Source: Verrucomicrobiota bacterium (lineage in GTDB: Bacteria > Verrucomicrobiota > Verrucomicrobiia > Limisphaerales > UBA8199). From it: a stretch of 64,000 nucleotides of DNA. The position numbers and the translations under genes were made by a program. This document shows, one piece after another, positions 1-10,392 of this stretch (its first letter is position 1; every line of letters begins with the position of its first letter). The stretch is from assembly GCA_012517205.1 (NCBI GenBank), contig JAAYVL010000022.1:85384-149383 (forward strand). Reading direction: 5' to 3'. The notes under the pieces were generated by a model, which saw only the letters and a list, made by a program, of their open reading frames with translations, was not told the DNA's origin and ran no database searches.

Positions 1-1021
1 CGCGGCTCCGTCCGCCCCCGGCGTGGACCTCTACGTGGGCGGCACCGAGCACGCGGTTCTCCACCTGCTGTATGCCCGGTTCTGGCATAAGGTGCTGTAT
101 GACCTGGGCCACGTATCCACGCCCGAGCCGTTTTTCAAGCTCGTCAACCAGGGGCTGATTTTGGGCGAGGACGGCCAGAAGATGTCCAAGTCCCGCGGCA
201 ATGTAATCAACCCGGACGACATCCTGGCGGAGTATGGGGCGGATGCGTTCCGGCTCTACGAGATGTTCATGGGGCCGCTGGAGATGGTCAAGCCGTGGAG
301 CACCAAGGGGGTGGAGGGGGTCTATCGGTTCCTGGGGCGCGTCTGGCGGCTCTTTGTGGACGAACAGAGCGAGACCGAGTTCGAGCAGGCCCTGACCGCC
401 GAGCCGCAACGCGGGCGGGAGCTGCTGGCGGTCATTCGCCGGGCGCCCGGCATCGCCGATTGCCCGCCGACCGCCGCGCAGCTCAAGGTCCTCCATGCGT
501 GCATCAAGAAGGTGACCGAGGACCTGGACGGCCTGCGTTTCAACACGGCCATTGCGGCCCTGATGGTTTTTATCAACGAGGCGATGACGTGGGAGGCGAA
601 GCCGGTTGCCGTCCTGCGCGATTTTCTCGTCCTGCTGCACCCCTTCGCGCCGCACCTGGCCGAAGAGCTTTGGAGCCTGCTTTTCGCGGCGGGCGTTTCG
701 GAGTCCGGGCCTGCGCGTCCGCTTCCGGCCGGCGGCCCCTCTCCGGCGGGCGGGGCGGCCGGCGCGCCGGCGGTTCCCCCGCTGTCTTACGCGCCGTGGC
801 CGAAGTTCGACCCGGCCTTGCTGGTCGAGGATACCCTCGAGATTCCCGTGCAGATTAACGGCAAGCTGCGCGACGTCATCACGGTGCCGGCCAATGCTTC
901 CCAGGCCGATCTGGAGGCGGCGGCCCGGGCTTCCGGGAAGGTAAAGCCGTTCCTGGAGGGCAAAACGGTCCGGAAAGTGATCGTGCTGCCGAAGAAGCTG
1001 GTGAACATCGTGGCGGCGTGA
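1..1021 (+). CDS. leuS: leucyl-tRNA synthetase, C-terminal part (5' end lies outside the window)
   Basis: The frame of ORF 23..1021 is open to the window edge. The translation [23 protein letters not shown]...[16 protein letters not shown] carries the class I KMSKS motif and LeuRS-type flanks. The stop is at 1019-1021. Confidence 0.95.
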   Translation, partial: AAPSAPGVDLYVGGTEHAVLHLLYARFWHKVLYDLGHVSTPEPFFKLVNQGLILGEDGQKMSKSRGNVINPDDILAEYGADAFRLYEMFMGPLEMVKPWSTKGVEGVYRFLGRVWRLFVDEQSETEFEQALTAEPQRGRELLAVIRRAPGIADCPPTAAQLKVLHACIKKVTEDLDGLRFNTAIAALMVFINEAMTWEAKPVAVLRDFLVLLHPFAPHLAEELWSLLFAAGVSESGPARPLPAGGPSPAGGAAGAPAVPPLSYAPWPKFDPALLVEDTLEIPVQINGKLRDVITVPANASQADLEAAARASGKVKPFLEGKTVRKVIVLPKKLVNIVAA

Positions 1022-1051
1022 GGGCGGGGAACCCGGGACGGGAGCGCGCGC

Positions 1052-1495
1052 ATGGTTTACCAGGACGAAATATCGGTATCCACGACAGGGCCGGGCGATC
1101 TGCATGATCTGACGGAAGCGGTGCGGCGCATTGTGGGCGCGTCGCGGGTGCGGCGGGGAATCGTTCATCTTTTCAACGTGGGCAGCACCGGCGCCCTCGG
1201 CACCATCGAACTGGAGCCGGGGCTGCGGGAGGATTTGCCGGCGCTGCTGAACCGGCTCATTCCGCCCGGCCGGAACTACGGCCACGAACGCGCGTGGCAT
1301 GACGGCAACGCCCATTCGCACTTGCAGGCCACGCTGCTGGGGCCGTCGCTGACGGTTCCCATCCGGGACGGCGAACTGGTGCTGGGCACCTGGCAGCAGG
1401 TGTTTCATCTCGAATGCGATGTGCGGCCCCGCCGGCGCACGGTGGCGGTCACGGTGATGGGGGATGGGCCGGACGGTGTCCGCGCGGGTGATTGA
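1052..1495 (+). CDS. YjbQ/UPF0047 family protein (secondary thiamine-phosphate synthase-like)
   Basis: 147 aa. The pattern VHLFNVGSTGALGTIE...HDGNAHSHLQATLLGPS...G.LVLGTWQQVFHLE is typical of the YjbQ family. Confidence 0.85.
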   Translation: MVYQDEISVSTTGPGDLHDLTEAVRRIVGASRVRRGIVHLFNVGSTGALGTIELEPGLREDLPALLNRLIPPGRNYGHERAWHDGNAHSHLQATLLGPSLTVPIRDGELVLGTWQQVFHLECDVRPRRRTVAVTVMGDGPDGVRAGD

Positions 1496-1526
1496 CGCCG
1501 CCGCCCGCTGCGGTATATTCCCCCCC

Positions 1527-1679
1527 GTGAGCCACTTGACCAGGCAGGAACAGATCGTGCTGAGCCTAGTCTTGAGCCTGCTGCTGGCCGGTTGGGCGGT
1601 CAAAGCTTGCCGGGCGGCGCCGGCGTCGGCGCAAGTGGCCGAGAGAGTAGAGTTAGAACATGCAAGAAGTCAGTTTTGA
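1527..1679 (+). CDS. possible small single-pass membrane protein (GTG start)
   Basis: Part of ORF 1464..1679. From the GTG at 1527 it reads VSHLTRQEQIVLSLVLSLLLAGWAVKA, one hydrophobic helix. It overlaps the next gene by 20 nt. No family recognised. Confidence 0.25.
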   Translation: MSHLTRQEQIVLSLVLSLLLAGWAVKACRAAPASAQVAERVELEHARSQF

Positions 1680-2079
1680 ACAGGCGCTCGACGCCATACA
1701 GGCCAAAGGCCCGCGTTATCACCGGGAAGCCTACCTCTTTGTGCGCGAGGCGCTTGAGCATACGCAGAAGTCCATCGCCCAAAGCTCCCGCGGGCGCGTC
1801 CGCCACGTCACCGGCCAGGAATTGCTGGAGGGCATCCGCACTTTCGCGCTGCAACAGTTCGGGCCGATGGCCAAAACCGTGCTGGAAGAGTGGGGCGTGC
1901 ACCGCTGCGAGGATTTTGGCGTGATCGTTTTCAACATGGTCGCGGTGGGGTGGCTGGCCAAAACGAGCAAGGATCGCCGCTCCGATTTTGCGGGCGGCTA
2001 TGACTTCAACGAGGCGTTCGTCAAACCGTTCCTGCCCAAAAGCAAACAGGCGGCCCTGGCCCCCGCGGCGAAATCCTAG
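1660..2079 (+). CDS. conserved hypothetical protein, Minf_1886-like (PVC-type small protein)
   Basis: 139 aa with non-biased composition. The strings PRYHREAYLFVREALEHT...RHVTGQELLEGIRTFALQQFGPMA...EDFG.IVFNMV match my recollection of the Minf_1886 family. This was not verified by search. Confidence 0.6.
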   Translation: MQEVSFEQALDAIQAKGPRYHREAYLFVREALEHTQKSIAQSSRGRVRHVTGQELLEGIRTFALQQFGPMAKTVLEEWGVHRCEDFGVIVFNMVAVGWLAKTSKDRRSDFAGGYDFNEAFVKPFLPKSKQAALAPAAKS

Positions 2080-2091
2080 ACGCGCCGCGGC

Positions 2092-4647
2092 ATGCCTACG
2101 GATTCCTCCTCCGCCGACCCCCTCCCCGCCATTCCGCCGGGGGTCACCCTGACCACGCTGGAGAATGGCCTGACCATCATCGTGCGCGAGGACCACAGCG
2201 CGCCGGTTGTTTCGGCCCAGGCCTGGTGCATGGCGGGCAGCATTCACGAGGGCCGGTGGCTGGGGGCGGGGCTTTCGCACGTGCTGGAGCACATGCTCTT
2301 CAAGGGCACCACGACCCGGCCCGGCAGCCGCATAGACCAGGAGGTTCAGGAGGCCGGCGGCTATATGAACGCCTACACCTCCTTCGACCGCACCGTTTAC
2401 CACATAGACGCGCCGAATACGGGCGCGCCGGTCGCGCTGGATGTCTTGTGCGACGTGATGCAGAACGCGACGCTGCCGCCGGACGAACTGGCCCGGGAAC
2501 AGCAGGTCATCCTGCGCGAGATGGACATGAACACCGACGACCCGGCCCGCCGCGCCAGCCGCCGCCTGTTCGAGACGGTTTATACCCGCAGTCCCTATCG
2601 GTTCACGGTCATCGGCTACCCGGACATTTTCAACGAGCTGAAGCCGGAGGACATCCGGGGGTATTACCACGAGAAATACGCGCCCAATAACGTCTTTTAT
2701 GTCGTGGTGGGCGATGTGAAGCCCGGCGAGGTGGTCGCCCAAATCGGCAAGGCATACGCGAAGACCAAAGCCCGGGCGCTGCCGCCGGTGGTCCTGCCCG
2801 TGGAGCCGAAGCAGGCCGCGCCGCGCGAGATTTGCGAGGAGGCGCCCATCGAGCTGGGCCACGTTCACCTGGCCTGGCATATCCCTGAACTGCTTCACCC
2901 GGACGTGCCGGCGCTCGACGTGCTGGCCGCCTTGCTGGGGCATGGGCGCAGCTCGCGGCTCTACCAATCCGTGCGCGAGAAGCAGGGGCTGGCGCACTCG
3001 GTCGAGGCCTGGACCTACAGCCCGGGGCTGCCCGGTTTGTTCGGCCTCAGCGCCGTGGTGGACGCGGATAAATTCACGGCGGCGCGCGCGGCCCTGCTGG
3101 CCGAAGTGGAGCAGATGAAGGCGGCCCCGGTTCCGGCGGCCGAGCTGGCCAAGGCGGTCAAGCAGTTCGTCTCGGCCACCCTGTCGGCGCGCAAGACCAT
3201 GCAGGGCCAGGCGCAGGACTTGGGGGGAAGCTGGCTGGTGGCCAACGATTTGAACTTTTCCCAGCGCTACCTGGCGGCCGTGCAGCGCGTGAATCCCGCC
3301 GACCTCCAGCGCGTGGCGCGTGAATACCTCACGCCCGAAAACCGCACGCTTTACTCGCTGCTGCCCGCCGGCGCCGCGCCCCGGCCGGCCATCACCAGCG
3401 AGACTTCCTGCGATTATCCGGTGCAGAAGTTCGACCTGCCCAACGGCTTGCGCCTGCTGGTCAAGGAGGATCACCGCCTGCCTTTTGTCGAGTTCCGGGC
3501 CGTGTTCCGGGGCGGGGTGCTGGCCGAGACGCCGGAGACCAACGGCCTGACCCAGTTGACCGGCAAGCTCCTGCTCAAGGGCACGGCGCGCCGTTCGGCT
3601 GAAGACATCGCCCGCGAGATTGAGTCCGTGGGCGGCAGCCTGAACAGCTATGGCGGGAACAACAGTTTCGGCGTCAATGCCGAAGTCCTGAACAGCGATT
3701 TCCCGGCGGGGCTGGATTTGCTGGTGGACGTGCTTTTGAACCCCACCTTTCCGGCCCCGGCGCTGGAACGCGAGCGGGAGGTCCAGTTAGCCGCGGTTCG
3801 TGATCGAAAAGACCACCTGCTCCAGAGCGCCCTGCTGGCCATGCGCCGCGCTTTGTTTGGCGAGACCGGGTATGGCCTGGACGCGCTGGGCGCCGAGCGC
3901 AGCCTGCGGCGCCTCCAGGTTGCGGACCTTCGGGCCTTCCACGAGCGGTTCGCCCGCCCCAACAATTGCGTACTCGCAATTTATGGCGATGTCCAAACGG
4001 CGCCGGTTCGGGCCGCGGTCGAGCGCGCGTTTGCGGCCTGGAAAGCCGCGCCGCTGCCGGCCTTAAACTCCGGGCCGCGGGCGCTGGACGCGCTCCAGCG
4101 CGTCACCGAAACCCGCGACAAGAAGCAGGCCGTGCTGGTCATCGGCTACCGCGGCGTCACGCTTCAGGATGCCGACCGCTACCCGCTGGACCTGCTGCAT
4201 GAAGCCTGCAGCGACCTCGGCTCGCGCCTGTTCCTGCGCATCCGCGAACAGTTGGGGCTGGCCTACTATGTCGGCGCGCTCAACGTCGTTGGCCTGGCGC
4301 CGGGCTATTTCGCGTTCTATGCCGGCACGGCTCCCGACCAGGCCGCGCGGGTGGAGGCCGAACTCCTCAAAGAGGCCGAGCTTTTGCGCGCCGAGGGGCT
4401 TACCGCCGAGGAGCTTCGCCGTGCCAAAGCCAAAATCATTGGCCAGCGCAAGATCGCCCGCCAGGACCTCGGCGACTTCGCCACCGCCACCGCCCTTGAT
4501 GAACTCTACGGCCTGGGCCATGCCTACACCGAAACCGAAGACGCCCGCTACGAGGCGGTGACGCTGGAGCAACTGCAGGCCGTCGCCGGGAAGTATCTTC
4601 GGCCCGAAGCGCTGGTCATCTCCCTCGTCCAACCTGCCCGGCCTTAA
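2092..4647 (+). CDS. M16 (pitrilysin/insulinase) family zinc peptidase, two tandem M16 units
   Basis: 851 aa. The inverted zinc motif HVLEHMLFKGT lies near the N-terminus. A second, inactive-type M16 half starts around residue 440 (FDLPNGLRLLVKEDHRLP). Confidence 0.9.
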   Translation: MPTDSSSADPLPAIPPGVTLTTLENGLTIIVREDHSAPVVSAQAWCMAGSIHEGRWLGAGLSHVLEHMLFKGTTTRPGSRIDQEVQEAGGYMNAYTSFDRTVYHIDAPNTGAPVALDVLCDVMQNATLPPDELAREQQVILREMDMNTDDPARRASRRLFETVYTRSPYRFTVIGYPDIFNELKPEDIRGYYHEKYAPNNVFYVVVGDVKPGEVVAQIGKAYAKTKARALPPVVLPVEPKQAAPREICEEAPIELGHVHLAWHIPELLHPDVPALDVLAALLGHGRSSRLYQSVREKQGLAHSVEAWTYSPGLPGLFGLSAVVDADKFTAARAALLAEVEQMKAAPVPAAELAKAVKQFVSATLSARKTMQGQAQDLGGSWLVANDLNFSQRYLAAVQRVNPADLQRVAREYLTPENRTLYSLLPAGAAPRPAITSETSCDYPVQKFDLPNGLRLLVKEDHRLPFVEFRAVFRGGVLAETPETNGLTQLTGKLLLKGTARRSAEDIAREIESVGGSLNSYGGNNSFGVNAEVLNSDFPAGLDLLVDVLLNPTFPAPALEREREVQLAAVRDRKDHLLQSALLAMRRALFGETGYGLDALGAERSLRRLQVADLRAFHERFARPNNCVLAIYGDVQTAPVRAAVERAFAAWKAAPLPALNSGPRALDALQRVTETRDKKQAVLVIGYRGVTLQDADRYPLDLLHEACSDLGSRLFLRIREQLGLAYYVGALNVVGLAPGYFAFYAGTAPDQAARVEAELLKEAELLRAEGLTAEELRRAKAKIIGQRKIARQDLGDFATATALDELYGLGHAYTETEDARYEAVTLEQLQAVAGKYLRPEALVISLVQPARP

Positions 4648-4834
4648 CCTGGCAGCGCTTGACGGCCGGGAGGATGCGCGGAGATTTCCGCCCGCCACCT
4701 GGCCTCGGGGCCAGCCGGGGGCTGGTGGCGGGGAAGGTTGATGGGGTGGGAAACCGGGACGCGCTGGCCGGCCCCTGCTAATAGAGGTTGCACCGGCGGG
4801 CAATTTGGGTATCGTGAAGCAGGTTAAGGGTGCA

Positions 4835-6124
4835 ATGAATCGTTCGCGGTTAATATTGTTCGGGGTATTGTCCTGCCTGGCCGCCCTGGCGGCGCCGGGC
4901 GCGGAGGTTGGGTTGATCAAGATTAACGGCGCGATCGGGCCGGCCACGGCCAGTTATATCACCCGGGCGATTGAGGCCGCTGCCGAACGCGAGAATCGTT
5001 GCCTCATCATCCAATTGGATACCCCTGGCGGCTCCCTCGAATCCACCAAGCGGATTGTGCAGGCGTTTTACGCCTCGCCGGTCCCGACCGTGGTGTATGT
5101 GGCCCCGGAGGGCGCCTGGGCCGGGAGCGCGGGGTGCTTCATTACCCTGGCGGCGGACGTTGCCGCCATGGCTCCCGCCACCAGCATTGGCGCGGCTCAC
5201 CCGGTGTCCATTGGCCCCGGGGGCGAGGAGAAGACCAGCGAGGTGATGAAGGAGAAACAAGAGCAAATCACGGGCAGCTTCATCGAGGGGATCGCCAACC
5301 GGCGCGGGCGCAATGCCGAATGGGCCCGGGCGTCGGTGGTGGAGAGCAAGGCCATCACGGCTGACCAGGCCCTCGAACTGCACGTCATTGACCTGGTTGC
5401 CAAGGACCTGCCCGATTTGCTCCGCCAACTGGATGAGCACGAGGTCAACGGCAAGCCGCTGGAAACGGCGGATGCCAATGTTGTCGAGATTCCCCGGACC
5501 ACCCAGGAACGGCTTTTGCAACTGCTCTCGCACCCGGAATTGATGATGATCCTGATGCTCGTGGCGATCTATGGCATCATTGGCGAGCTCAGCAATCCCG
5601 GCGCCATCCTCCCCGGGGTGGTGGGCGCGATCGCCCTGATCCTCGTGCTGTATATGGCGACGATCCTCCCCATCAACTCGGCCGGGCTGGCGCTGATTGG
5701 CCTGTCCATCGTCCTGTTTATCATGGATATCTTCGCCCCTTCGCATGGCATCCTGACATTTGGCGGCATTGTCTCATTCCTCCTGGGCGCGCTGATGCTC
5801 TTCAACCGCGCCGACCCGATCTTTCGGCTGTCGCTGGCGTATATCATCCCCGCCACCCTGGTGACGGCGGCCTTCTTTATCTTCGTCGTGGGCTCGGGCC
5901 TGCGCGCGCAGTGGCTGCCGGTGCGCGTGGGCCGCGAAGCGCTGCTGGGCCGGACGGCCCCGGCCCGGGAACGCATTGATGCGGCCGGCGGCCGGGTGTT
6001 TATCGAGGGCGAATACTGGAACGCGGTCAGCGAAGTGCCCATCGAGCCGGGGCAGCCAGTGGAGATTATCGCCGTTCATGGCCTGACTTTGAAGGTAGTG
6101 CCCAAACAACCTCCCATCCGCTAA
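4835..6124 (+). CDS. NfeD family membrane-bound ClpP-class serine protease
   Basis: ORF 4805..6124, with the ATG at 4835 giving the signal peptide MNRSRLILFGVLSCLAALAA. It has a ClpP-like domain (LDTPGGSLEST...GSAGCFI), four to five TM helices and a C-terminal NfeD OB domain. It sits immediately upstream of a stomatin gene. Confidence 0.85.
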   Translation: MNRSRLILFGVLSCLAALAAPGAEVGLIKINGAIGPATASYITRAIEAAAERENRCLIIQLDTPGGSLESTKRIVQAFYASPVPTVVYVAPEGAWAGSAGCFITLAADVAAMAPATSIGAAHPVSIGPGGEEKTSEVMKEKQEQITGSFIEGIANRRGRNAEWARASVVESKAITADQALELHVIDLVAKDLPDLLRQLDEHEVNGKPLETADANVVEIPRTTQERLLQLLSHPELMMILMLVAIYGIIGELSNPGAILPGVVGAIALILVLYMATILPINSAGLALIGLSIVLFIMDIFAPSHGILTFGGIVSFLLGALMLFNRADPIFRLSLAYIIPATLVTAAFFIFVVGSGLRAQWLPVRVGREALLGRTAPARERIDAAGGRVFIEGEYWNAVSEVPIEPGQPVEIIAVHGLTLKVVPKQPPIR

Positions 6125-6148
6125 ACGTCCTGATAACTGGAGTATCCT

Positions 6149-6937
6149 ATGGAAGACCTCATCGCTCGCATGTTCAACCTCACGTCCTGGATTGTCCCCC
6201 TCATCATCCTGGGGGCGATTGTCCTGCCCCAAGCCGTCCGTGTCCTCCGGGAATACGAACGGGGCGTCATCTTTCGCCTCGGCAAACTGCATGCCCGCGG
6301 CGCCAAAGGGCCCGGCCTGATCTTTCTCATCCCGGTCGTTGACCGCATGGTAAAGATGGACCTGCGCGTCGTGACGATTGATGTCGCCCGGCAGGAAGTC
6401 ATGACCCGGGACAACGTCCCGGTGACGGTGGATGCCGTGGTTTATTTCCGCATCGTGCAGCCGGTTGACGCGGTGGTCAAAGTCGAGAATTTCTACAAGG
6501 CCACCTCGCTCATCGCGCAAACCACGCTCCGCAGCGTCCTGGGCCAGTCTCCGTTGGACGACCTGCTGTCGCAACGCGAGGCCATCAACCTGAAGTTGCA
6601 GGAGATCATTGACCGCCAGACCGAGCCGTGGGGCGTCAAAGTCACCGCGGTTGAAGTCAAGGATGTTGCCTTGCCGGACAGCATGAAGCGCGCGATGGCC
6701 AAGCAGGCCGAGGCCGAGCGCGAGCGCCGCGCCAAGATCGTCAATGCCGAAGGCGAATACCAGGCCGCGGAGAAGATGGTGCAAGCCGCCTCGATGATCA
6801 GCCAGGAACCGATTGCCCTGCAGTTGCGCTTCCTGCAGACCATGCGCGAAATCTCCAGCGAACATAATACCACCACCTTCGTGCCGATTCCCATTGACCT
6901 GTTCGCGCCGTTTATGAAAGGCCCGCCCAAGGCCTGA
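6149..6937 (+). CDS. SPFH/band 7 (stomatin-like, slipin) protein
   Basis: 262 aa. An N-terminal TM is followed by REYERGVIFRLGK...VDLRV...TRDNVPV..DAVVYFRI and the AEAERERRAKI coiled coil. This is the classic partner of NfeD. Confidence 0.9.
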   Translation: MEDLIARMFNLTSWIVPLIILGAIVLPQAVRVLREYERGVIFRLGKLHARGAKGPGLIFLIPVVDRMVKMDLRVVTIDVARQEVMTRDNVPVTVDAVVYFRIVQPVDAVVKVENFYKATSLIAQTTLRSVLGQSPLDDLLSQREAINLKLQEIIDRQTEPWGVKVTAVEVKDVALPDSMKRAMAKQAEAERERRAKIVNAEGEYQAAEKMVQAASMISQEPIALQLRFLQTMREISSEHNTTTFVPIPIDLFAPFMKGPPKA

Positions 6938-7097
6938 GTTTTCACACCGCCCGGCGTCCTCGGGGCCGCAATGGGTCGGCGGCAAAAGCCGTTCGCGCCC
7001 GGAGTTGCGACCGCCGCCGGCTTGAAAAAGGGAAACGGGTCCCGGCGGCGGGCGCAGGAGAATTGACAACGCCGCTTCGCTGCGACACTTTCGGGGC

Positions 7098-8024
7098 ATG
7101 GCTAAGCCAGCTTTGGGGCGCGGCCTGGGGGCGCTGTTGGGCGAGAGTCCAATCGCCAAGCCGCCAGTCCCGGCGCCAACCGCTCATACCGCCCTGGACG
7201 CCGTCCTGGCGGCCGACCCGCGCGCGCGCGTGCAACGCGTCCCGCTGGATCGTATTCGCCCCTGCCCGCTGCAGCCGCGCAAGGACTTTCCCCCCGAGAC
7301 GCTGCGCGAACTGGCGGATTCCATCCGGGAGCAGGGCATCGTCCAGCCGCTGATCGTCCGCGAGCGGGACGGGCACCTGGAGCTCATCGCCGGGGAACGC
7401 CGCTGGCGGGCGGCTCAACTGGCCGGCCAGATCGAGGTTCCGGTAATCCTGCGGCAGGCGGATGACCAGGCCGTGCTGGCGCTGGCCCTGATCGAGAATC
7501 TGCAGCGGGAAAACCTTAACCCGCTGGAAGAGGCCCGCGGCTACGCGCAGCTGGTCGGGCAGTTTCATCTCAAACAAGAGGAAGTGGCCGCCAAAGTCGG
7601 CAAGAGCCGCGCCGCCGTGGCCAACGCCCTGCGTCTTTTGCGGCTGCCCGCCGCCATTCAAACGCATATCCGCGAGGGACGCCTGTCCGTTGGCCACGCC
7701 AAGGTCATTTTGGGCCTGACCGACGAGAAACTTCAGCAACGGGCGGCCGACCGCATTCTTAAGGAAGGGCTCAATGTTCGCCAAACCGAGGTACTGGTCA
7801 GCCGCTGGCTGGCCCGCGAAACCGGCGCCATGACCCCGCCCGCCGCCGCGCTGCCATTGTCCCGGGACGCCCATGTGGCCAACCTCGAAAACCAATTGCG
7901 CGAACGGCTTGGGACCAAGGTTCACTTCCGCTATAACAAAGGCAAGGGCCGCCTCGAGATTTCATTCTTCAGCGACGCCGAGCTTGAACGCATCCTGCAG
8001 CTCCTGGGCGTTGCCGGGGAGTGA
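7098..8024 (+). CDS. parB: ParB/Spo0J chromosome partitioning protein
   Basis: 308 aa. It has MAKPALGRGLGALL, the ParB box GIVQPLIVRE...ELIAGERRWRAA, and the HTH segment ALIENLQRENLNPLEEA..Y. Confidence 0.9.
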   Translation: MAKPALGRGLGALLGESPIAKPPVPAPTAHTALDAVLAADPRARVQRVPLDRIRPCPLQPRKDFPPETLRELADSIREQGIVQPLIVRERDGHLELIAGERRWRAAQLAGQIEVPVILRQADDQAVLALALIENLQRENLNPLEEARGYAQLVGQFHLKQEEVAAKVGKSRAAVANALRLLRLPAAIQTHIREGRLSVGHAKVILGLTDEKLQQRAADRILKEGLNVRQTEVLVSRWLARETGAMTPPAAALPLSRDAHVANLENQLRERLGTKVHFRYNKGKGRLEISFFSDAELERILQLLGVAGE

Positions 8025-8241
8025 AGCGGGGCGGGGCGGCTTCCCGCGGAAGGACAGCGAAAGCTTTACTTGCCCCCGGCGACCCGGTATTTAAATCCCG
8101 TGGCCACACACAGCCGAAGCAAGTTTTGCGGCAATCCGCCCTTGCCCGTGGGGCCGGGGGCCGCGGCCCTGATTTGTGGGCTGGCTGGAAAAGCAGCGTT
8201 GCCGGCCTTTTGCCCGCAGTATTTGATTAGACAACTTTCTT

Positions 8242-9345
8242 ATGCGTGAACAGACAGCTACCCAATTGCTGAACGCCGGCAGCCGCGTTGGCCGAATGAC
8301 CGCCTTCATCGGCCTGGACGGGTTCGTTGATGACATCCTCCATGTGGTGGATAAACGGGAAAGCGCGGAGAAGTATACGCGGCTCCCGACCATTGCCCAA
8401 CTGGCGGAACGCCTGGCTGGCGCCGCGGGGCGGAGCACGAACATCGAACTCGTCAGCCAGCTTAACAAACTCGGCGGCAACGGCCCCATAATGGCCAATG
8501 CCCTGGCCAGTTTCGGGCTGAAAGTCACCTACCTCGGCATCCTCGGGTACCCGAATCTGCATCCGGTGTTCGCGGATTTCGCCCGGCGCGCCGAGGTGCA
8601 TTCCATCGCGGAACCGGGCTACACCGACGCGCTTGAGTTTGAGGATGGCAAGATCATGCTCGGCAAGCACCAATCGCTCCGGCAGATGAACTGGGAGAAT
8701 ATCAAAAGCCGGTTCGGCCTGGACAAGTTCAACGCCAGCTTCGGCAGCGCCGACCTGGTCGGCTTCGTCAACTGGACCATGCTGACGCACATGAGCGACA
8801 TCTGGGCGGCGGTGCTCAAGGAAGTGTGCCCCGGGCTGAAAGGCCCCCGGCGCAAGCTCTTCGTGGACCTGGCCGATCCGGAGAAACGCCCCCCGGCGGA
8901 CATCCGGAGCGCCCTCCAGTTAATTACGGCTTTCCAGCAATACTTCGACGTCGTGCTGGGCTTGAACGAAAAGGAAGGCTTTGAAATCGGGAAAGCCCTG
9001 GGATTGAACCCCAGCGACCATTCCCAGGAGGGCCTGCTCAAGCTGTGCCAGGATATCCACCAGCGCGTCCCGGTGGACACGATCATCGTCCATCCAACCG
9101 CTTATGCGCTCGCCTCCGGGCCGGAGGGCACGGCGATCGTTCAAGGACCATATACCCCCAAACCGAAGATCACGACGGGCGCGGGCGATCACTTTAATTC
9201 CGGGTTCTGCCTCGGCAAGCTGCTGGGGTTCCCCACGGAACGCTGCCTGCTGACCGGCGTCACCACCAGCGGCTTCTACGTGCGCACCGGCCAAAGCCCG
9301 GCGATAGCCGACCTGGCCGAAATGCTGCGCCACTGGCCCGCCTGA
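8242..9345 (+). CDS. ribokinase-superfamily (PfkB / ADP-dependent-kinase-like) sugar kinase
   Basis: 367 aa. KLGGNGPIMANALASFG and the C-terminal TTGAGDHFNSGF anion-hole motif indicate the family. The substrate cannot be inferred. Confidence 0.6.
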   Translation: MREQTATQLLNAGSRVGRMTAFIGLDGFVDDILHVVDKRESAEKYTRLPTIAQLAERLAGAAGRSTNIELVSQLNKLGGNGPIMANALASFGLKVTYLGILGYPNLHPVFADFARRAEVHSIAEPGYTDALEFEDGKIMLGKHQSLRQMNWENIKSRFGLDKFNASFGSADLVGFVNWTMLTHMSDIWAAVLKEVCPGLKGPRRKLFVDLADPEKRPPADIRSALQLITAFQQYFDVVLGLNEKEGFEIGKALGLNPSDHSQEGLLKLCQDIHQRVPVDTIIVHPTAYALASGPEGTAIVQGPYTPKPKITTGAGDHFNSGFCLGKLLGFPTERCLLTGVTTSGFYVRTGQSPAIADLAEMLRHWPA

Positions 9346-9347
9346 TC

Positions 9348-9914
9348 ATGCCGCTGGTCGTCGTCAAATACGGCACGCCGGTGCTTCGCCAGAAAGGGGA
9401 GCGCATTGAGAGCATTACGCCGGCGATCCGGCAGTTGGCCGCGGACATGCTCGAAACCATGTATGTGAAAAGGGGCATCGGCCTGGCCGCACAGCAGGTG
9501 GGCGTCGCCACGCAATTGGCCGTCATTGATGTGCGGGGCGTGACGGACCGGCCATCGTCCCTCGAACGGCACGGCAAATCCGCCAACGTGGACGCGTTCA
9601 TGCCGCTGGTTCTCATCAATCCGGAACTCAATCCCCTGGGCGAGCCGGAGTCCGGCCCGGAAGGCTGTTTGAGCTTCCCGGAGATTTACGCCGACATCAC
9701 GCGCCCCGCGGGGGTGGAGGTCAAGGCGCTCGATTTGGAGGGCAAGCCCATCGAATTCCGTTGCGGGGGTCTGCTCGCCCGCGTCATCCAGCATGAATGG
9801 GATCACCTGCAGGGCATTCTTTTCATAGACCGAATGGACCGGGCGACCAAGGCGAGCCTCAAACCCGAATTGGATCTCCTTATGGCGGAGACAAAGGCCG
9901 CCCTCAAGTTGTAG
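9348..9914 (+). CDS. def: peptide deformylase
   Basis: 188 aa with all three PDF motifs: GIGLAAQQVG, EGCLSFP and HEWDHLQG. Confidence 0.95.
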   Translation: MPLVVVKYGTPVLRQKGERIESITPAIRQLAADMLETMYVKRGIGLAAQQVGVATQLAVIDVRGVTDRPSSLERHGKSANVDAFMPLVLINPELNPLGEPESGPEGCLSFPEIYADITRPAGVEVKALDLEGKPIEFRCGGLLARVIQHEWDHLQGILFIDRMDRATKASLKPELDLLMAETKAALKL

Positions 9915-10072
9915 CGGAATCGGGCCGCCCCCCGGCGCGGCCGGTGGTCCGGCCATGCTTTCGTTCCGAACTGGCGCTCCGCCCGCGTCCCCGCCCGGCC
10001 CATCTCCGGGCCGGAATGCGGGTATTCAGATGACAATTATCGTCCGACAGGTTAGAATAGAGCCTAAGATTC

Positions 10073-10333
10073 ATGAAACATAATGGGAAACCGCCGCGGG
10101 CATCCACGTTGGAAGCTGAATTAACCAAGCTGGCCGCATTAGTTCGTGAACGACGAAAGCAATTACGGCGCCTGGCCAAGTGTCCGAACAAGGACTGTCC
10201 CTGCCGTTTTATATGGAGGGAACACGTCGAAACGAACCTGGCCAGCCAGATCGTAAAAATCCAGCGGCAAGTCCGCCGCCAGACTCCCAAACCTGCCCGC
10301 CCCCAAAAGCGTTCCGTGCGCCGCTCGCGTTAG
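10073..10333 (+). CDS. small basic hypothetical protein
   Basis: 86 aa and Lys/Arg-rich. It has a coiled-coil-like N-terminus and a CPNKDCPC motif. GC is visibly lower than the neighbours, there is no obvious SD, and no family was recognised. Confidence 0.35.
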   Translation: MKHNGKPPRASTLEAELTKLAALVRERRKQLRRLAKCPNKDCPCRFIWREHVETNLASQIVKIQRQVRRQTPKPARPQKRSVRRSR

Positions 10334-10392
10334 CGCCGGACGAGTCCCCCCACCGCCAGGAACTCCGCGGATTCCGGGCCGGCGGGCGGCGG

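Noticed and set aside
1600-3474. Very long antisense ORFs opposite well-supported genes: 1600..3474, 14237..16105, 22128..24833, 25039..26487, 28700..30604, 46675..48063, 48747..50243 and 59767..61677.
   Set aside because: Their translations are dominated by Arg, Gly, Pro, Ala and His and contain no recognisable motifs. Each lies opposite a gene with clear family signatures. Stop-poor antisense frames are expected at about 63% GC.
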